A stretch of DNA of 64,000 nt from the NCBI GenBank assembly GCA_015233115.1, contig JADFYJ010000004.1:70528-134527 (forward strand), in the 5' to 3' direction. Below are positions 1 through 9,239 of the stretch, one piece after another. Both the position numbers and the translations under genes were made by a program. Each line of letters starts with the position of its first letter. Within the stretch, counting starts at the first letter, position 1. The notes beneath the pieces were generated by a model. That model did no database searches. It was not told the DNA's origin and saw nothing but the letters and a program-made list of their open reading frames with translations. This DNA is from Candidatus Omnitrophota bacterium. Lineage in GTDB: Bacteria > Omnitrophota > Gorgyraeia > Zapsychrales > Zapsychraceae.

Positions 1-133
1 AAGCCCGTCTTAGTTGCGATGTTATTCCGTATATTTCTTCTTTCGGAAAAGATTTTGTTTTTAAATAAATTTGATAAGCAAATTCATCTGCCTTTTTCCA
101 AACTAACAATTTTTTATACGCTTTTTCCATCAT
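1..133 (-). CDS. Four-helix-bundle protein (23S rRNA intervening-sequence / Avd-like family), 5' part, runs off the window edge
   Basis: Manual translation from ATG at 133: MMEKAYKKLLVWKKADEFAYQIYLKTKSFPKEEIYGITSQLRRA; matches the family pattern L.VW.KA......IY..T..FP.EE.YG.TSQ.RRA. Not in the ORF track. Confidence 0.9.
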   Translation of the reverse strand, partial: MMEKAYKKLLVWKKADEFAYQIYLKTKSFPKEEIYGITSQLRRA

Positions 134-138
134 TGCCT

Positions 139-170
139 TTGTGACCTTGTGACCTTGTGACTTTGTGACC
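139..170. repeat. Octamer tandem array (TTGTGACC x4, one variant)
   Basis: ttgtgacc ttgtgacc ttgtgact ttgtgacc, between the amrB stop and the four-helix-bundle start. Confidence 0.95.
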
Positions 171-176
171 GTACAT

Positions 177-1130
177 TTATTTAAAAACTGCCGCCATGTA
201 GCCTACAACTTTTGTTTTATCACCCGTAGCGTCGCCGGAGTCGGCGTATTTTAGGAAATCTATTTTATGGATGCCTTGATATTGCGCGTACAAGAGGCCG
301 ATGGTTACGGGCATGAAACCGCAGAGTTCTAATTTTCTGGTTACACAGCCGGTCCATAAATTTTTAACATCAAATTTTTTTACAGTTTCTATGGTGGCAT
401 GGTCCATGGCATTGGCTTCCGCGGCAGGATGATAATGGGACATGTCTGTGCTTAATACCAGTAAAATGTCGGTGCGGGTTTTTAATTTATCAGATAATAA
501 GTGAGCGAATTTATCCAAGACAGACAAGTCTGGCTGGCCGACCAATATGGGAATTATTTTCGCGTCAGGAAAAATTTTTTGAATAAACGGAAGCTCGACC
601 TCTACGGAATGTTCACGGTTAAAAGCCTCTGGAACAAAAGAAGATCCATTCTTTTCATCAATCAAATTTTTAGCCAATTCCAAGTCAACCGGAATAGTAC
701 CTAACGGGGTTTGATACCCGTCAAACAAACCGATGGATATGCCGTCAAAACCTAAATAATGGCTGGGCCCGATGACAATAACAGTTTTGTATTTTCCTAA
801 ACTGGCAGATTTGAAACTATACGCGGCGACCGGCGCGGAGTACATGTACCCGGCGTGAGGGGCAATGAGCATGCGGACAGGTTGAGGATCTGGCGCCACT
901 TGGGCCTGCTTCAAATAACCGTCAATTTCAGCAGAAAGTTCTTTAGGGTCAGCAGGATAAAATTGACCGGCAACGTTGGGGGATTTTATATTTTGATTAG
1001 CATTTACCATGCCGATCTCCAAGGAATAAAATGATAAAAAAACAAGGCAGAAAAGAATAAAATGTCGTAGGGGCGATCTCCTGATCGCCCGTGTCAAAAT
1101 TGTCGTTTTGTTACAAAAAATTAAATACAT
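177..1130 (-). CDS. amrB: AmmeMemoRadiSam system protein B (MEMO1 family); start uncertain
   Basis: AGQFYP, IAPHAGY.YS, GPSH, REHSVEVELPF, STDMSHY, C-terminal VVGY motifs. Confidence 0.9.
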   Translation of the reverse strand: MYLIFCNKTTILTRAIRRSPLRHFILFCLVFLSFYSLEIGMVNANQNIKSPNVAGQFYPADPKELSAEIDGYLKQAQVAPDPQPVRMLIAPHAGYMYSAPVAAYSFKSASLGKYKTVIVIGPSHYLGFDGISIGLFDGYQTPLGTIPVDLELAKNLIDEKNGSSFVPEAFNREHSVEVELPFIQKIFPDAKIIPILVGQPDLSVLDKFAHLLSDKLKTRTDILLVLSTDMSHYHPAAEANAMDHATIETVKKFDVKNLWTGCVTRKLELCGFMPVTIGLLYAQYQGIHKIDFLKYADSGDATGDKTKVVGYMAAVFK

Positions 1131-1212
1131 AAATAAACCTAAGAGCGAATATCATTTAAAAACTATAAAAAAACGATACTTTTGTAACGGGCGATCAGGA
1201 GATCGCCCCTAC
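1067..1212. repeat. Inverted pair of GTAG-type REP hairpins (1067-1091 and 1188-1212)
   Basis: GTAGGGGCGATCTCCTGATCGCCCG and its exact reverse complement. Confidence 0.9.
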
Positions 1213-1264
1213 AACAACGACGATAAAATCAGCAAACAACAAATGGGTAACTCACCTAACACAA

Positions 1265-1292
1265 CCTATCACCTATAGCCTATTGCCTGTTT
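1265..1292. repeat. Heptamer array (CCTATNN family) overlapping the pckA stop
   Basis: cctatca cctatag cctattg cctgttt. Confidence 0.8.
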
Positions 1293-2935
1293 AATTGCGG
1301 TCCGGCTTTCACTAATTCCTTAGCTTTCGGATGATCTAAAAAGTTTTCGAAATGGGCTATGAACATTTCGGCTAATTGTTTTGTGGTCGTGTCGTAATTC
1401 ACTTTATCTTCCCAGCAATTGCGAGGGTTTAAAACAGCGGAATCAATGCCGGCAATTTTTTTAGGGATGCGCAGGTTAAAGACCGGCATTACGTCAAATT
1501 CGCCGGAGTCGATCGCTTTATCCAAAGAACCGTCTAATACCGCGTCGATAATGGTACGGGTATCCTTAATCGAAATGCGATGACCCATGCCGTATTTTCC
1601 GCCGATCCAACCAGTATTGACTAAATAAGCCGAAGAACCATGCTTGAGCATTTTTTCATTCAGGATCTCAGCGTATTTAATCGGATGCAGTGATAAAAAC
1701 GCCTGGCCAAAACACGCGGAAAACGCGGACGTTGGCTCCATGATTCCTAACTCAGTCCCTGCCACTTTCGCGGTATATCCGCTTAAAAAGTGATACATGG
1801 CCTGTTCATTGGTCAATTTAGATACCGGAGGCATAATACCAAACGCGTCGCAGGTTAAAAATACGATCTTAGTCGGATGCCCGCCTTTGGATACCGGTTT
1901 TACAATATTGGCGATATGATCAATCGGATAAGACGCGCGAGTGTTTTCGGTTTTTTTATCAGACGCGAAATCAAAATTTCCGTCCTTATCTACGACAACA
2001 TTTTCCAATAAGGCGTTGCGGCGTATCGCATGATAAATATCCGGCTCTTTTTCTTCAGACAAGTTAATGCATTTAGCGTAACAGCCGCCTTCAAAATTAA
2101 ATACCCCTTCATCGTCCCAGCCATGCTCGTCATCGCCGATCAGCAAACGTTTTGGATCTGCCGACAAGGTCGTCTTCCCTGTTCCGGAAAGCCCAAAGAA
2201 TAACGCGGTATCCCCATTTTTTCCCATATTCGCGGAACAATGGAATGAGCCGATTCCTTTGAGCGGCAGAAAATAATTCATCATGGAGAAAATGCCTTTT
2301 TTGATTTCTCCGCCATACCAGGTGCCGCCGATCACAGTGGTGCGTTCTTTAATATTAAACGCGATAAAAACCGGCGAGCGCATATGATGTTTTTCATAAT
2401 CCGGACAATTGATCTTGCAGGCATTCATGACTGTCCAATCCGGTTTAAAATCTTTAAGTTCCGCTTCCGTCGGACGAATAAACATGTTTTTAAAAAAATG
2501 CGCCATCCAGGCCACTTCGGTAATCAACCGCACGCCTAAACGGGTACTGGGATTAGTCCCGCAAAAACCATCAATAACATATAAACGTTTGCCGCTTAAT
2601 TGACGGGTGGACAACCCTTTCACATGTTCCCAATTTTCCAAAGACATTCTTTTATTATCGGAGTTATTCGAAATAGGCAATGCCGCTCCTGATCCCCACC
2701 AAACAAAATCGCGGGAAGTTTCTTCTTCGACTATATATTTATCTTTAGGGGAACGGCCAGTAAATTTTCCGGTATCGACGAGAACAGCGCCGCTTTTAGA
2801 GATGACTGCTTTTTCCGCGCCTTCTAATTTAGGATCAGTTTCATGTTTATAAAGTTCTTCATAAGAAAGATTATGAAAGATTTCTTTGGCTCCGTGAATA
2901 CCTAAATTTTCTAAAGCAGCGTTAATATTGTCCAT
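1280..2935 (-). CDS. pckA: Phosphoenolpyruvate carboxykinase (ATP)
   Basis: [42 protein letters not shown] motifs. Confidence 0.98.
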   Translation of the reverse strand: MDNINAALENLGIHGAKEIFHNLSYEELYKHETDPKLEGAEKAVISKSGAVLVDTGKFTGRSPKDKYIVEEETSRDFVWWGSGAALPISNNSDNKRMSLENWEHVKGLSTRQLSGKRLYVIDGFCGTNPSTRLGVRLITEVAWMAHFFKNMFIRPTEAELKDFKPDWTVMNACKINCPDYEKHHMRSPVFIAFNIKERTTVIGGTWYGGEIKKGIFSMMNYFLPLKGIGSFHCSANMGKNGDTALFFGLSGTGKTTLSADPKRLLIGDDEHGWDDEGVFNFEGGCYAKCINLSEEKEPDIYHAIRRNALLENVVVDKDGNFDFASDKKTENTRASYPIDHIANIVKPVSKGGHPTKIVFLTCDAFGIMPPVSKLTNEQAMYHFLSGYTAKVAGTELGIMEPTSAFSACFGQAFLSLHPIKYAEILNEKMLKHGSSAYLVNTGWIGGKYGMGHRISIKDTRTIIDAVLDGSLDKAIDSGEFDVMPVFNLRIPKKIAGIDSAVLNPRNCWEDKVNYDTTTKQLAEMFIAHFENFLDHPKAKELVKAGPQLNRQ

Positions 2936-2947
2936 TTGTCCTCCGAT

Positions 2948-3523
2948 TTATATTTCTACTTTGGGAATATTTCCTAAAACTAGATCGATCATGATGCGTT
3001 TTTCGCCTTCGATCTCGAAGCTCATTTCACATTTTTCCGTCTGATCGACCGGATATAAGACCCCTTCAAAAATCTCATTCTTAAAACTCATAAAATGAGA
3101 CATTTCCATATTCATATATCCCAATTGGCAAAGTCCAGACTTAAAATTTCCAGCGATTAGATTGCATAAAGTCCCGCACGCGTCCAGTAATTCATTTTCA
3201 TCGGTTTCGTCAACAGGGTAACCCAATTTATGCAATAACTTCGAAAGATATTCAACTTCAACATATAAAACCATGGTACCAACAGGAATATCTTTATTGG
3301 CCTGTTCTTTACTCACATAAAAATTAATCACAGAGATAAACGTGGTCGTATTAAATTTCTCAAAACTGGTAATCCTCATCCGGCGCATGAATTCGACAAT
3401 CGGGCGGTTCTGTACTATTGGGGCAGTAGATAAATGTATTCCGGCCCGGCGCTCCAGAATCCGTTTCAAGATTTCTGACGCCACTTTCGCCTGAATTGAG
3501 AGTTCGGTTATTTGATTAGACAA
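2948..3523 (-). CDS. CheX/CheC-like protein
   Basis: DACGTLCNLIAGNFK resembles the CheX helix D..GE..N...G..K; adjacent to a stand-alone receiver gene. Confidence 0.6.
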   Translation of the reverse strand: MSNQITELSIQAKVASEILKRILERRAGIHLSTAPIVQNRPIVEFMRRMRITSFEKFNTTTFISVINFYVSKEQANKDIPVGTMVLYVEVEYLSKLLHKLGYPVDETDENELLDACGTLCNLIAGNFKSGLCQLGYMNMEMSHFMSFKNEIFEGVLYPVDQTEKCEMSFEIEGEKRIMIDLVLGNIPKVEI

Positions 3524-3527
3524 TAAT

Positions 3528-3911
3528 TTAAACCTGTTTGACGTACGGCAATATTATGGCTATCAGATTGTCGGGCTTAAAAGGTTTGACTACGTACGCG
3601 ACTAATTTGGGGTTAACCATTTTAGCTTGTTTCTGACTCTCTTCGGAACTCGAAGCAGATACCATAACAATCGGGATGTCAGCAATCAGAGGAACTTTTT
3701 GCACAGATTTCATAAACTCAATCCCATCAATAATCGGCATCTGCCAATCCAACAGGATCAAACAGATCTCTGTGGCGTATTGATTGAGGAGTTTGAAACC
3801 CTCTTGACCGTCTGGGGCCTGAATTATTTCACAGGTAATGCCTGCTTTTTCGATCGTCCGAGTCAAAAGCCTGCGGTCCATCATTGAATCATCTATGATC
3901 AAAATTTTCAT
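3528..3911 (-). CDS. Single-domain response regulator (CheY-like)
   Basis: ILIIDD, LLDWQMP, MVS, VKPF receiver motifs. Confidence 0.95.
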   Translation of the reverse strand: MKILIIDDSMMDRRLLTRTIEKAGITCEIIQAPDGQEGFKLLNQYATEICLILLDWQMPIIDGIEFMKSVQKVPLIADIPIVMVSASSSEESQKQAKMVNPKLVAYVVKPFKPDNLIAIILPYVKQV

Positions 3912-3912
3912 A

Positions 3913-4626
3913 TTATTTTTTTGCAGTAACGATCAAACCTTTATATGCTTTTGGTAAAGTTGTCAAAGCTTCTTCAGCATTTTTTTTGCTGTCAAAATGG
4001 CCGACATAGATGCGATACCATGTGCCTTTATCTCCCAAATCTTTCGCAATAACATATGGCTCAAAATTCTTTTTCTTTAAATCTGCCACTACAGAATCAG
4101 CGCGGGATTGGTCTTTAAACGATGCGACCTGTATTGAAAAAGCCGAACCAATAGTCGATTTTAAAGAAGTAGATTTTTTCGATAATTTCGCCTTCGCAGA
4201 TTTTATAACTTTGGTTTCTTTCACAGCAGGCGCCATCACTTCAGTGGATGGTTCTACTGGAACCGTGGTGGATAAAGGAGCAACTGTGGTAGCTGATCCG
4301 GTTGTTGTCCCGGTTGCTGACGCGACAGGCGCGACGGCTTGATTTCCGGTTTTTGATGTTCCAGGAGGCAGCGCTTTTTCTTGTTCACCATTTTCGTAAT
4401 ATTGATATTGAACATCCGTCGGATTGGTTTGCTGTTGAGCCATAACTTCTTCAATTTTTGCTTTACGCGCATGCTCTTGATGTTTACTATAACCAAATAT
4501 AACCGCAAAAATAACGATGAGAAATAACAAAAACATCCAAACTTTATTATTCTTACCTGAATTTTTTTCTGACACAAACAATCCACCTTCTGATGATCCT
4601 TTAAACATCCCTTTGCCCTCAGCCAT
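3913..4626 (-). CDS. Bitopic membrane protein with C-terminal SPOR domain (FtsN/DedD-like)
   Basis: N-terminal TM helix, low-complexity linker, SIQVASF...WYRIYVGHF. Confidence 0.9.
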   Translation of the reverse strand: MAEGKGMFKGSSEGGLFVSEKNSGKNNKVWMFLLFLIVIFAVIFGYSKHQEHARKAKIEEVMAQQQTNPTDVQYQYYENGEQEKALPPGTSKTGNQAVAPVASATGTTTGSATTVAPLSTTVPVEPSTEVMAPAVKETKVIKSAKAKLSKKSTSLKSTIGSAFSIQVASFKDQSRADSVVADLKKKNFEPYVIAKDLGDKGTWYRIYVGHFDSKKNAEEALTTLPKAYKGLIVTAKK

Positions 4627-4729
4627 TTTCTCATCTCCTTATAATTTATAAATTAAAATGATAATTTTATTTTATCTGAATTAAGTTCTTTAGCAATAAA
4701 AACAACTTAAAAAAAGAATATTTTTATTA

Positions 4730-4813
4730 CGGGCGATCAGGTGATCGCCCCTACGACGGCGAAAATCAAATCGAGAATAATGCTTTTTGTAGGGGCGATC
4801 ACCTGATCGCCCG
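4730..4813. repeat. Pair of GTAG REP hairpins (4730-4754, 4789-4813), GTAG ends facing each other
   Basis: cgggcgatcaggtgatcgcccctac ... gtaggggcgatcacctgatcgcccg; both share the same loop variant. Confidence 0.9.
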
Positions 4814-4841
4814 CTTCAAAATTAATATTTTTCAATAAAAT

Positions 4842-5498
4842 TTAATTCACTTCGTCTTCTAATAATTCTAACAAATTTTTAGCTTCTTCGACAATATCCG
4901 GTGAAACTATTTTTAAAGTTTCCATATCTTTTTTGAACGAACGCAACGAATTAATCATTTTACGGACAGCGACGACATGACGCTGATTACGATCTTCTTC
5001 CGGGTCAACCTTTTTCCGCTCTTTCATCATGGCTGTTAAATCTTTTCGGACTTCAGCGGCTTCCTTGCCTTTTTCAAAAACCGACTTACGCAATTGCTCA
5101 TAATCGTTTTTCGTTAATTCTTTCTTGCCTTTAGCGGTCCGCAAAACATTAATCTCTTCATAACCCGGAATATTATTAGCTTCCCGGTCTTCAAAAAAAG
5201 AGTCAGCCAAATATTGAGGTTCATCATTCTCGATAAACATATACGATTTGACTAATTTTAAAGCCAAAGATTTATTAAAACCTAATTCTTTCTCGACGTA
5301 CTCCTCAAATTTATTGTGTCCCCAGCCCACATACATTTTGTCTTCCCAAATCGAGAATAAATGACGCGCAAAATTAAGCCAAGAGGTCTTAAAATTTTTC
5401 GCAAAATCCAAGGTCTGTTGACGGATTTCATCACCGAGCATATCCGTGTGACTAGCCAAAGATTTTTTTTTACTGATGGATAAATCAACAACAGGCAT
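4842..5498 (-). CDS. Hypothetical protein, possibly DNA-binding
   Basis: Start moved to ATG 5498, preceded by AAAGGA; the longer ORF merely reads through the octamer repeat. Helical WG...FEEY...ELG segment. Confidence 0.75.
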   Translation of the reverse strand: MPVVDLSISKKKSLASHTDMLGDEIRQQTLDFAKNFKTSWLNFARHLFSIWEDKMYVGWGHNKFEEYVEKELGFNKSLALKLVKSYMFIENDEPQYLADSFFEDREANNIPGYEEINVLRTAKGKKELTKNDYEQLRKSVFEKGKEAAEVRKDLTAMMKERKKVDPEEDRNQRHVVAVRKMINSLRSFKKDMETLKIVSPDIVEEAKNLLELLEDEVN

Positions 5499-5518
5499 AC
5501 GATCCTTTCTATAAAAAC

Positions 5519-5558
5519 GTAACAATGTGACATTGTGACAGTGTGACAGTGTGACAAT
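5519..5558. repeat. Octamer array (GTRACANT x5)
   Basis: gtaacaat gtgacatt gtgacagt gtgacagt gtgacaat. Confidence 0.9.
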
Positions 5559-5587
5559 GAAAAAACAAAAAAGCGTCAATTTTGGCG

Positions 5588-5643
5588 CGGGCGATCCTGC
5601 CTTCGTTAAAACTACGGCAAGGCAAGCAGGAGATCGCCCCTAC
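5588..5643. repeat. REP copy interrupted by a 31-bp hairpin insert
   Basis: cgggcgatc [ctgccttcgttaaaactacggcaaggcaagc] aggagatcgcccctac. Confidence 0.85.
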
Positions 5644-6578
5644 AGCATTTTTACATATACTTTTGGTAATATTTTTTTAGCAACCGCCATTTGTATTCCG
5701 CCGGGAATTTGAACTTGCATATTGGCCATACCAAAGGCTACTCCAAAACGTAAGCTTTCTATAAATGAATTTCCCGAAATATGATTACCAATAAAACCAG
5801 CCACACAACTATCGCCACAGCCTACATCATTGACAAGTTTAAAATTAACACGAGCAGCTGCCTCGAAAAAATTCTCACCATCAAAAGCCACAACACCTTC
5901 TGGACCGCGGGAAATGATAACCCGCCTCGCTCCCATTTGATAAAATTCTTTTAATGCTTTTTTAATCCGATTTATTGAGGAAAGCTTATAACCCAAAACT
6001 TCTTCTGCTTCACTTTGATTGGGCTTAATAAAATCCGGACCAGCTTTTAATCCCTCAATCAAAGGTTGACCACTGGTGTCCAAAAAACAACAACATTGAT
6101 TTTGATGTGCTAAACGAATCAGCTCTCCATATGCAGAATGTGTAAGACCATTGGCATTCCGGCCAGACAAAACCACGCAAGTTTGAGCACCCAATAAAAT
6201 TTTATATTTTTTTAAAAAAGCCTTCCACTCTGAAAATAAAACCAACGGACCAGGTTCTAAAACTCTAGTCCGTTGTCCATTATTATCAATAAAAGTATAA
6301 TTACTTCTCGTTTGACCGTGGATAAGATAAAACTCATTAGGAATTTTCTCAACTTCCAATAACTGCTTCAAGTGTTCACCGGAATTCCCTCCAGCGAAAC
6401 CAATTGCCCTCACACTTAAAAGAACAAATTGCCTCAATGCCCGGCTGACATTCACACCTTTTCCGCCGGCAACGATACTGACTTCTCCGGCCAGAGATTC
6501 ATATCCAGGGCGCAGGTGATCGACAGATATAAACTTATCTAACGCCGGGTTTAATGTGACAGTTACGATATTCGACAC
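5640..6578 (-). CDS. 1-phosphofructokinase-family (PfkB) hexose kinase
   Basis: TVTLNPALD, GGKGVNVSR, LDTSG, IKPN..E, DVGCGD. Confidence 0.93.
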   Translation of the reverse strand: MSNIVTVTLNPALDKFISVDHLRPGYESLAGEVSIVAGGKGVNVSRALRQFVLLSVRAIGFAGGNSGEHLKQLLEVEKIPNEFYLIHGQTRSNYTFIDNNGQRTRVLEPGPLVLFSEWKAFLKKYKILLGAQTCVVLSGRNANGLTHSAYGELIRLAHQNQCCCFLDTSGQPLIEGLKAGPDFIKPNQSEAEEVLGYKLSSINRIKKALKEFYQMGARRVIISRGPEGVVAFDGENFFEAAARVNFKLVNDVGCGDSCVAGFIGNHISGNSFIESLRFGVAFGMANMQVQIPGGIQMAVAKKILPKVYVKML

Positions 6579-6588
6579 GAATTAAAAT

Positions 6589-6671
6589 GTTGTTGGTTGA
6601 TGGTTTTTAGTTGTTGGTTGTTAAAAATTATTCATTTTTTCCAAAAACCACAAACCACAAACCAAAAACCA
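6589..6671. repeat. Inverted pair of heptamer arrays (GGTTNTN / NANACCA)
   Basis: gttgttg gttgatg gttttta gttgttg ... aaaacca caaacca caaacca aaaacca. Confidence 0.9.
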
Positions 6672-6686
6672 TTATTTATATTTTCT

Positions 6687-7211
6687 TTACTCTGCTTTTT
6701 CAGATTTTTTCTTTAAGAAAGTTTTCATTTCGATCCAAGTTTTTTTACCGATCACGCCATCTGCGGTCAAGCCATAATCTTTTTGAAAACTTTTAATAGC
6801 TTTTCTGGTGCTTTTACCAAGTTTACCATCAATTGCGCCATCATAATACCCGGCCGCTTTTAACGCGCGCTGGACATCTTTCGGATCAGCGTCAACATGA
6901 AGAACATCTTTCTGATCGCCTTCGGATGATTTTGATTTTGAACTTTCTTTATCTTTGATCACCGGTTCTTCAACTGGCCGGCTAGCTTCACTGTTCGAAC
7001 CATTTTGACGAGTTAAATCTTCGACCTGATATTTTAAACTGTCTATGGTCTGGGTCTGTTCTTCTAAACTGCGTTCCAAATGAGCAACCTTAATTTCTAA
7101 ATTATTCACCGTTGTTGGCGCTTTTGTTCCCGCGCATCCGCCTAATGCCAAAAGCATCAGCGAAAACGAAAATAGGTTTAACGGCCCGAATTTGTTCTCT
7201 GCTCTTTTCAT
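6687..7211 (-). CDS. Lipoprotein with coiled coil and peptidoglycan-binding domain
   Basis: Lipobox LGGC; VQRALKAAGYYDGAIDG..G..T..AI..FQ...GL..DG..G..T. Confidence 0.9.
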   Translation of the reverse strand: MKRAENKFGPLNLFSFSLMLLALGGCAGTKAPTTVNNLEIKVAHLERSLEEQTQTIDSLKYQVEDLTRQNGSNSEASRPVEEPVIKDKESSKSKSSEGDQKDVLHVDADPKDVQRALKAAGYYDGAIDGKLGKSTRKAIKSFQKDYGLTADGVIGKKTWIEMKTFLKKKSEKAE

Positions 7212-7873
7212 CGACTTTCCCCCTCTTCAATTACGTTTATTTTCATTAGGTTATTTATAAATTGTCCGTTTTTTTCCGGATATTTTAACGCGAATATTTT
7301 AGCGCTTTCTAAATAATCATCAACTACATCAATTGTATAATCAAAACCCGGTTTAATCACAGGGATTCCGCCCAATTTCAATTTTTCTTTTGTACCTACC
7401 ATATGGAGCGTTCCCACATAGTTGACTTTTGACGGATCAACTTTAAATACCACATTCGTATTTTCTTCCGCCATGGCCGCGCCCACCGGAATAGCAACTT
7501 TTATTATTCTATACGCTCCAGCCGGTAGTTCAATAAAAAAATAGCCGGGTTCTACGGTTTCTGAATTCCAGCCCAAAGGATTCTGCTTGGACTTATCTCC
7601 GACGATTAAAACATGCACTTCTGACGGGTTGCTCCTATTAATGAAAACCAGGCGCACATAAGTGGTTTTTAATATGCCTTCAAAATCCGTTTTCCCGAAT
7701 ACAAAACCTTTCAATAAAAGTTTTGGCGCATAGCTAGTATGAGCAACAGAAATACCGCTCGCAGAAGCAAGCGGACTTCGTGACACAGTTGAAACAGGTG
7801 TTTTAGCTTTCGGAACGACAGAACATCCGCTTAAGCCAAACGCCAACCCTAAAATAATAATTAACAACTTCAT
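7208..7873 (-). CDS. Hypothetical lipoprotein
   Basis: Lipobox LSGC; YFFIELPAGAYRI and VNYVG beta-rich segments. Confidence 0.8.
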   Translation of the reverse strand: MKLLIIILGLAFGLSGCSVVPKAKTPVSTVSRSPLASASGISVAHTSYAPKLLLKGFVFGKTDFEGILKTTYVRLVFINRSNPSEVHVLIVGDKSKQNPLGWNSETVEPGYFFIELPAGAYRIIKVAIPVGAAMAEENTNVVFKVDPSKVNYVGTLHMVGTKEKLKLGGIPVIKPGFDYTIDVVDDYLESAKIFALKYPEKNGQFINNLMKINVIEEGESR

Positions 7874-7904
7874 AATGATAATATTTCCTACCCATTGGTT
7901 GTGT

Positions 7905-7934
7905 AGTTTAGCAAACTTTGTGGGTGTATGGCAA
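7905..7934 (-). promoter_or_regulatory. Putative sigma70 promoter for the lipoprotein genes
   Basis: TTGCCA-N18-TAAACT with extended TG. Confidence 0.45.
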
Positions 7935-7982
7935 GAGAATTGAAATAAATTTTAAAAGTGATATGCTCATAATAATAATAAC

Positions 7983-8013
7983 AAAAAAAACGGAAGGGAG
8001 AAAAGGCCTTCCG
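7983..8013 (-). terminator. Putative intrinsic terminator
   Basis: CGGAAGG / CCTTCCG stem followed by a T8 run on the minus strand. Confidence 0.7.
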
Positions 8014-8039
8014 CTCTTTCAGTCTGCAAACAGCACAGA

Positions 8040-8393
8040 CTATTTAGTCAAAACTACTGACTTTTTGGGGGAGAAATATTTTGCTTTCCAATAAATACCT
8101 ATTTTCAAGGTATGACAGAACCGCACTTCAATTAACATCCGATTGTGGGTCAAATAAAAGAGTCCCTTCACCTTAAAACGGAAACTCTCTACCATCCGTT
8201 CATTATCCACACATTTTTTAATGAAAATTTCGGGAGCATTTAATTCAGAAGCCTGCTCAACATGACGAGCCAAATAAATGAAACTTTTGCGGATTTTTGT
8301 TACTGACCGTTTGTCTTCGCTTTCCTGACAAACAGAAAAGTTTTTTAAGCTCTTATCCTGATTTATCGATCTTCTGAATTTTAACTCTTTCAT
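8040..8393 (-). CDS. Small basic hypothetical protein
   Basis: ATG 8393 preceded by a G-rich RBS, with its own promoter and terminator; no recognised motif. Confidence 0.7.
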   Translation of the reverse strand: MKELKFRRSINQDKSLKNFSVCQESEDKRSVTKIRKSFIYLARHVEQASELNAPEIFIKKCVDNERMVESFRFKVKGLFYLTHNRMLIEVRFCHTLKIGIYWKAKYFSPKKSVVLTK

Positions 8394-8581
8394 GTGAACC
8401 CCCTTGTCATCCTCGATCAAAGTATAACATTCACTATGAAGACGACAAGGTGGATAAAGGGTCCTTCGAGAAACCGTTTTCTTGGAAAGTCAGCGACGGG
8501 ATTACTTTAATATGGGTGAAAGATGGGTAATATTTATTTTAATTGGTATCTTTTAATATATTTTTAATTGTTAATAAAAAC

Positions 8582-8616
8582 GCCTATTGCCTATTGCCTA
8601 TTGCCTATCGCCTATT
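8582..8616. repeat. Heptamer array (GCCTATY x5) overlapping the plsY stop
   Basis: gcctatt gcctatt gcctatt gcctatc gcctatt. Confidence 0.95.
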
Positions 8617-9239
8617 GGCCTCTTTTTATAAAAACCAATCGGCACGCGGGGTTCTTTCCCTTGTATTAGACGTTGGATATTTGGCTTATGCCGGATAATC
8701 ACAAAAGCCCCAAATACCACAGACATGCCGATTAACAAGGGGTGCTGATGGGTTAAAACGATGGCTAAAGGAAAAGCCAAACCAGCTAAAATCGAAGATA
8801 ATGAAACAAAACTGGTTAAAATGAAGCAAATCAGCCAGGTTTCTACTGTAATCATTAAAGCCAGCCTGATCCCTACTAATTTTACAGCTAAAGCGATCAG
8901 CACGCCTAAACTGGTGGCAATACCTTTGCCGCCTTTAAATTTCAAAAATATCGTCCAATTATGCCCACAAACCGCGGCTAAACTCAATGCGATCAATTGC
9001 CAAACATCATTACAGGAAAACACTGAAGACAATAAAATAACCGCAATCACACCTTTTAAAATATCCAAAATCAAAACAATGCTTCCCGGCACTTTTCCTA
9101 ACACGCGGAACACATTGGTCGCGCCCACATTCCCTGAACCATGCTGGCGAATATCAATCCCTTTATAAAATTTACCAAAAATATAAGCAGTCGGAATGGA
9201 TCCGATTAAATAACTTAAAAATATGGCTGCAAAAATCAT
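8598..9239 (-). CDS. plsY: Glycerol-3-phosphate acyltransferase PlsY
   Basis: YLIGSIP, GSGNVGATN, D.LKG, FKGGKGIAT, RH..NI.RL..G.E. Confidence 0.97.
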   Translation of the reverse strand: MIFAAIFLSYLIGSIPTAYIFGKFYKGIDIRQHGSGNVGATNVFRVLGKVPGSIVLILDILKGVIAVILLSSVFSCNDVWQLIALSLAAVCGHNWTIFLKFKGGKGIATSLGVLIALAVKLVGIRLALMITVETWLICFILTSFVSLSSILAGLAFPLAIVLTHQHPLLIGMSVVFGAFVIIRHKPNIQRLIQGKEPRVPIGFYKKRPIGDRQ

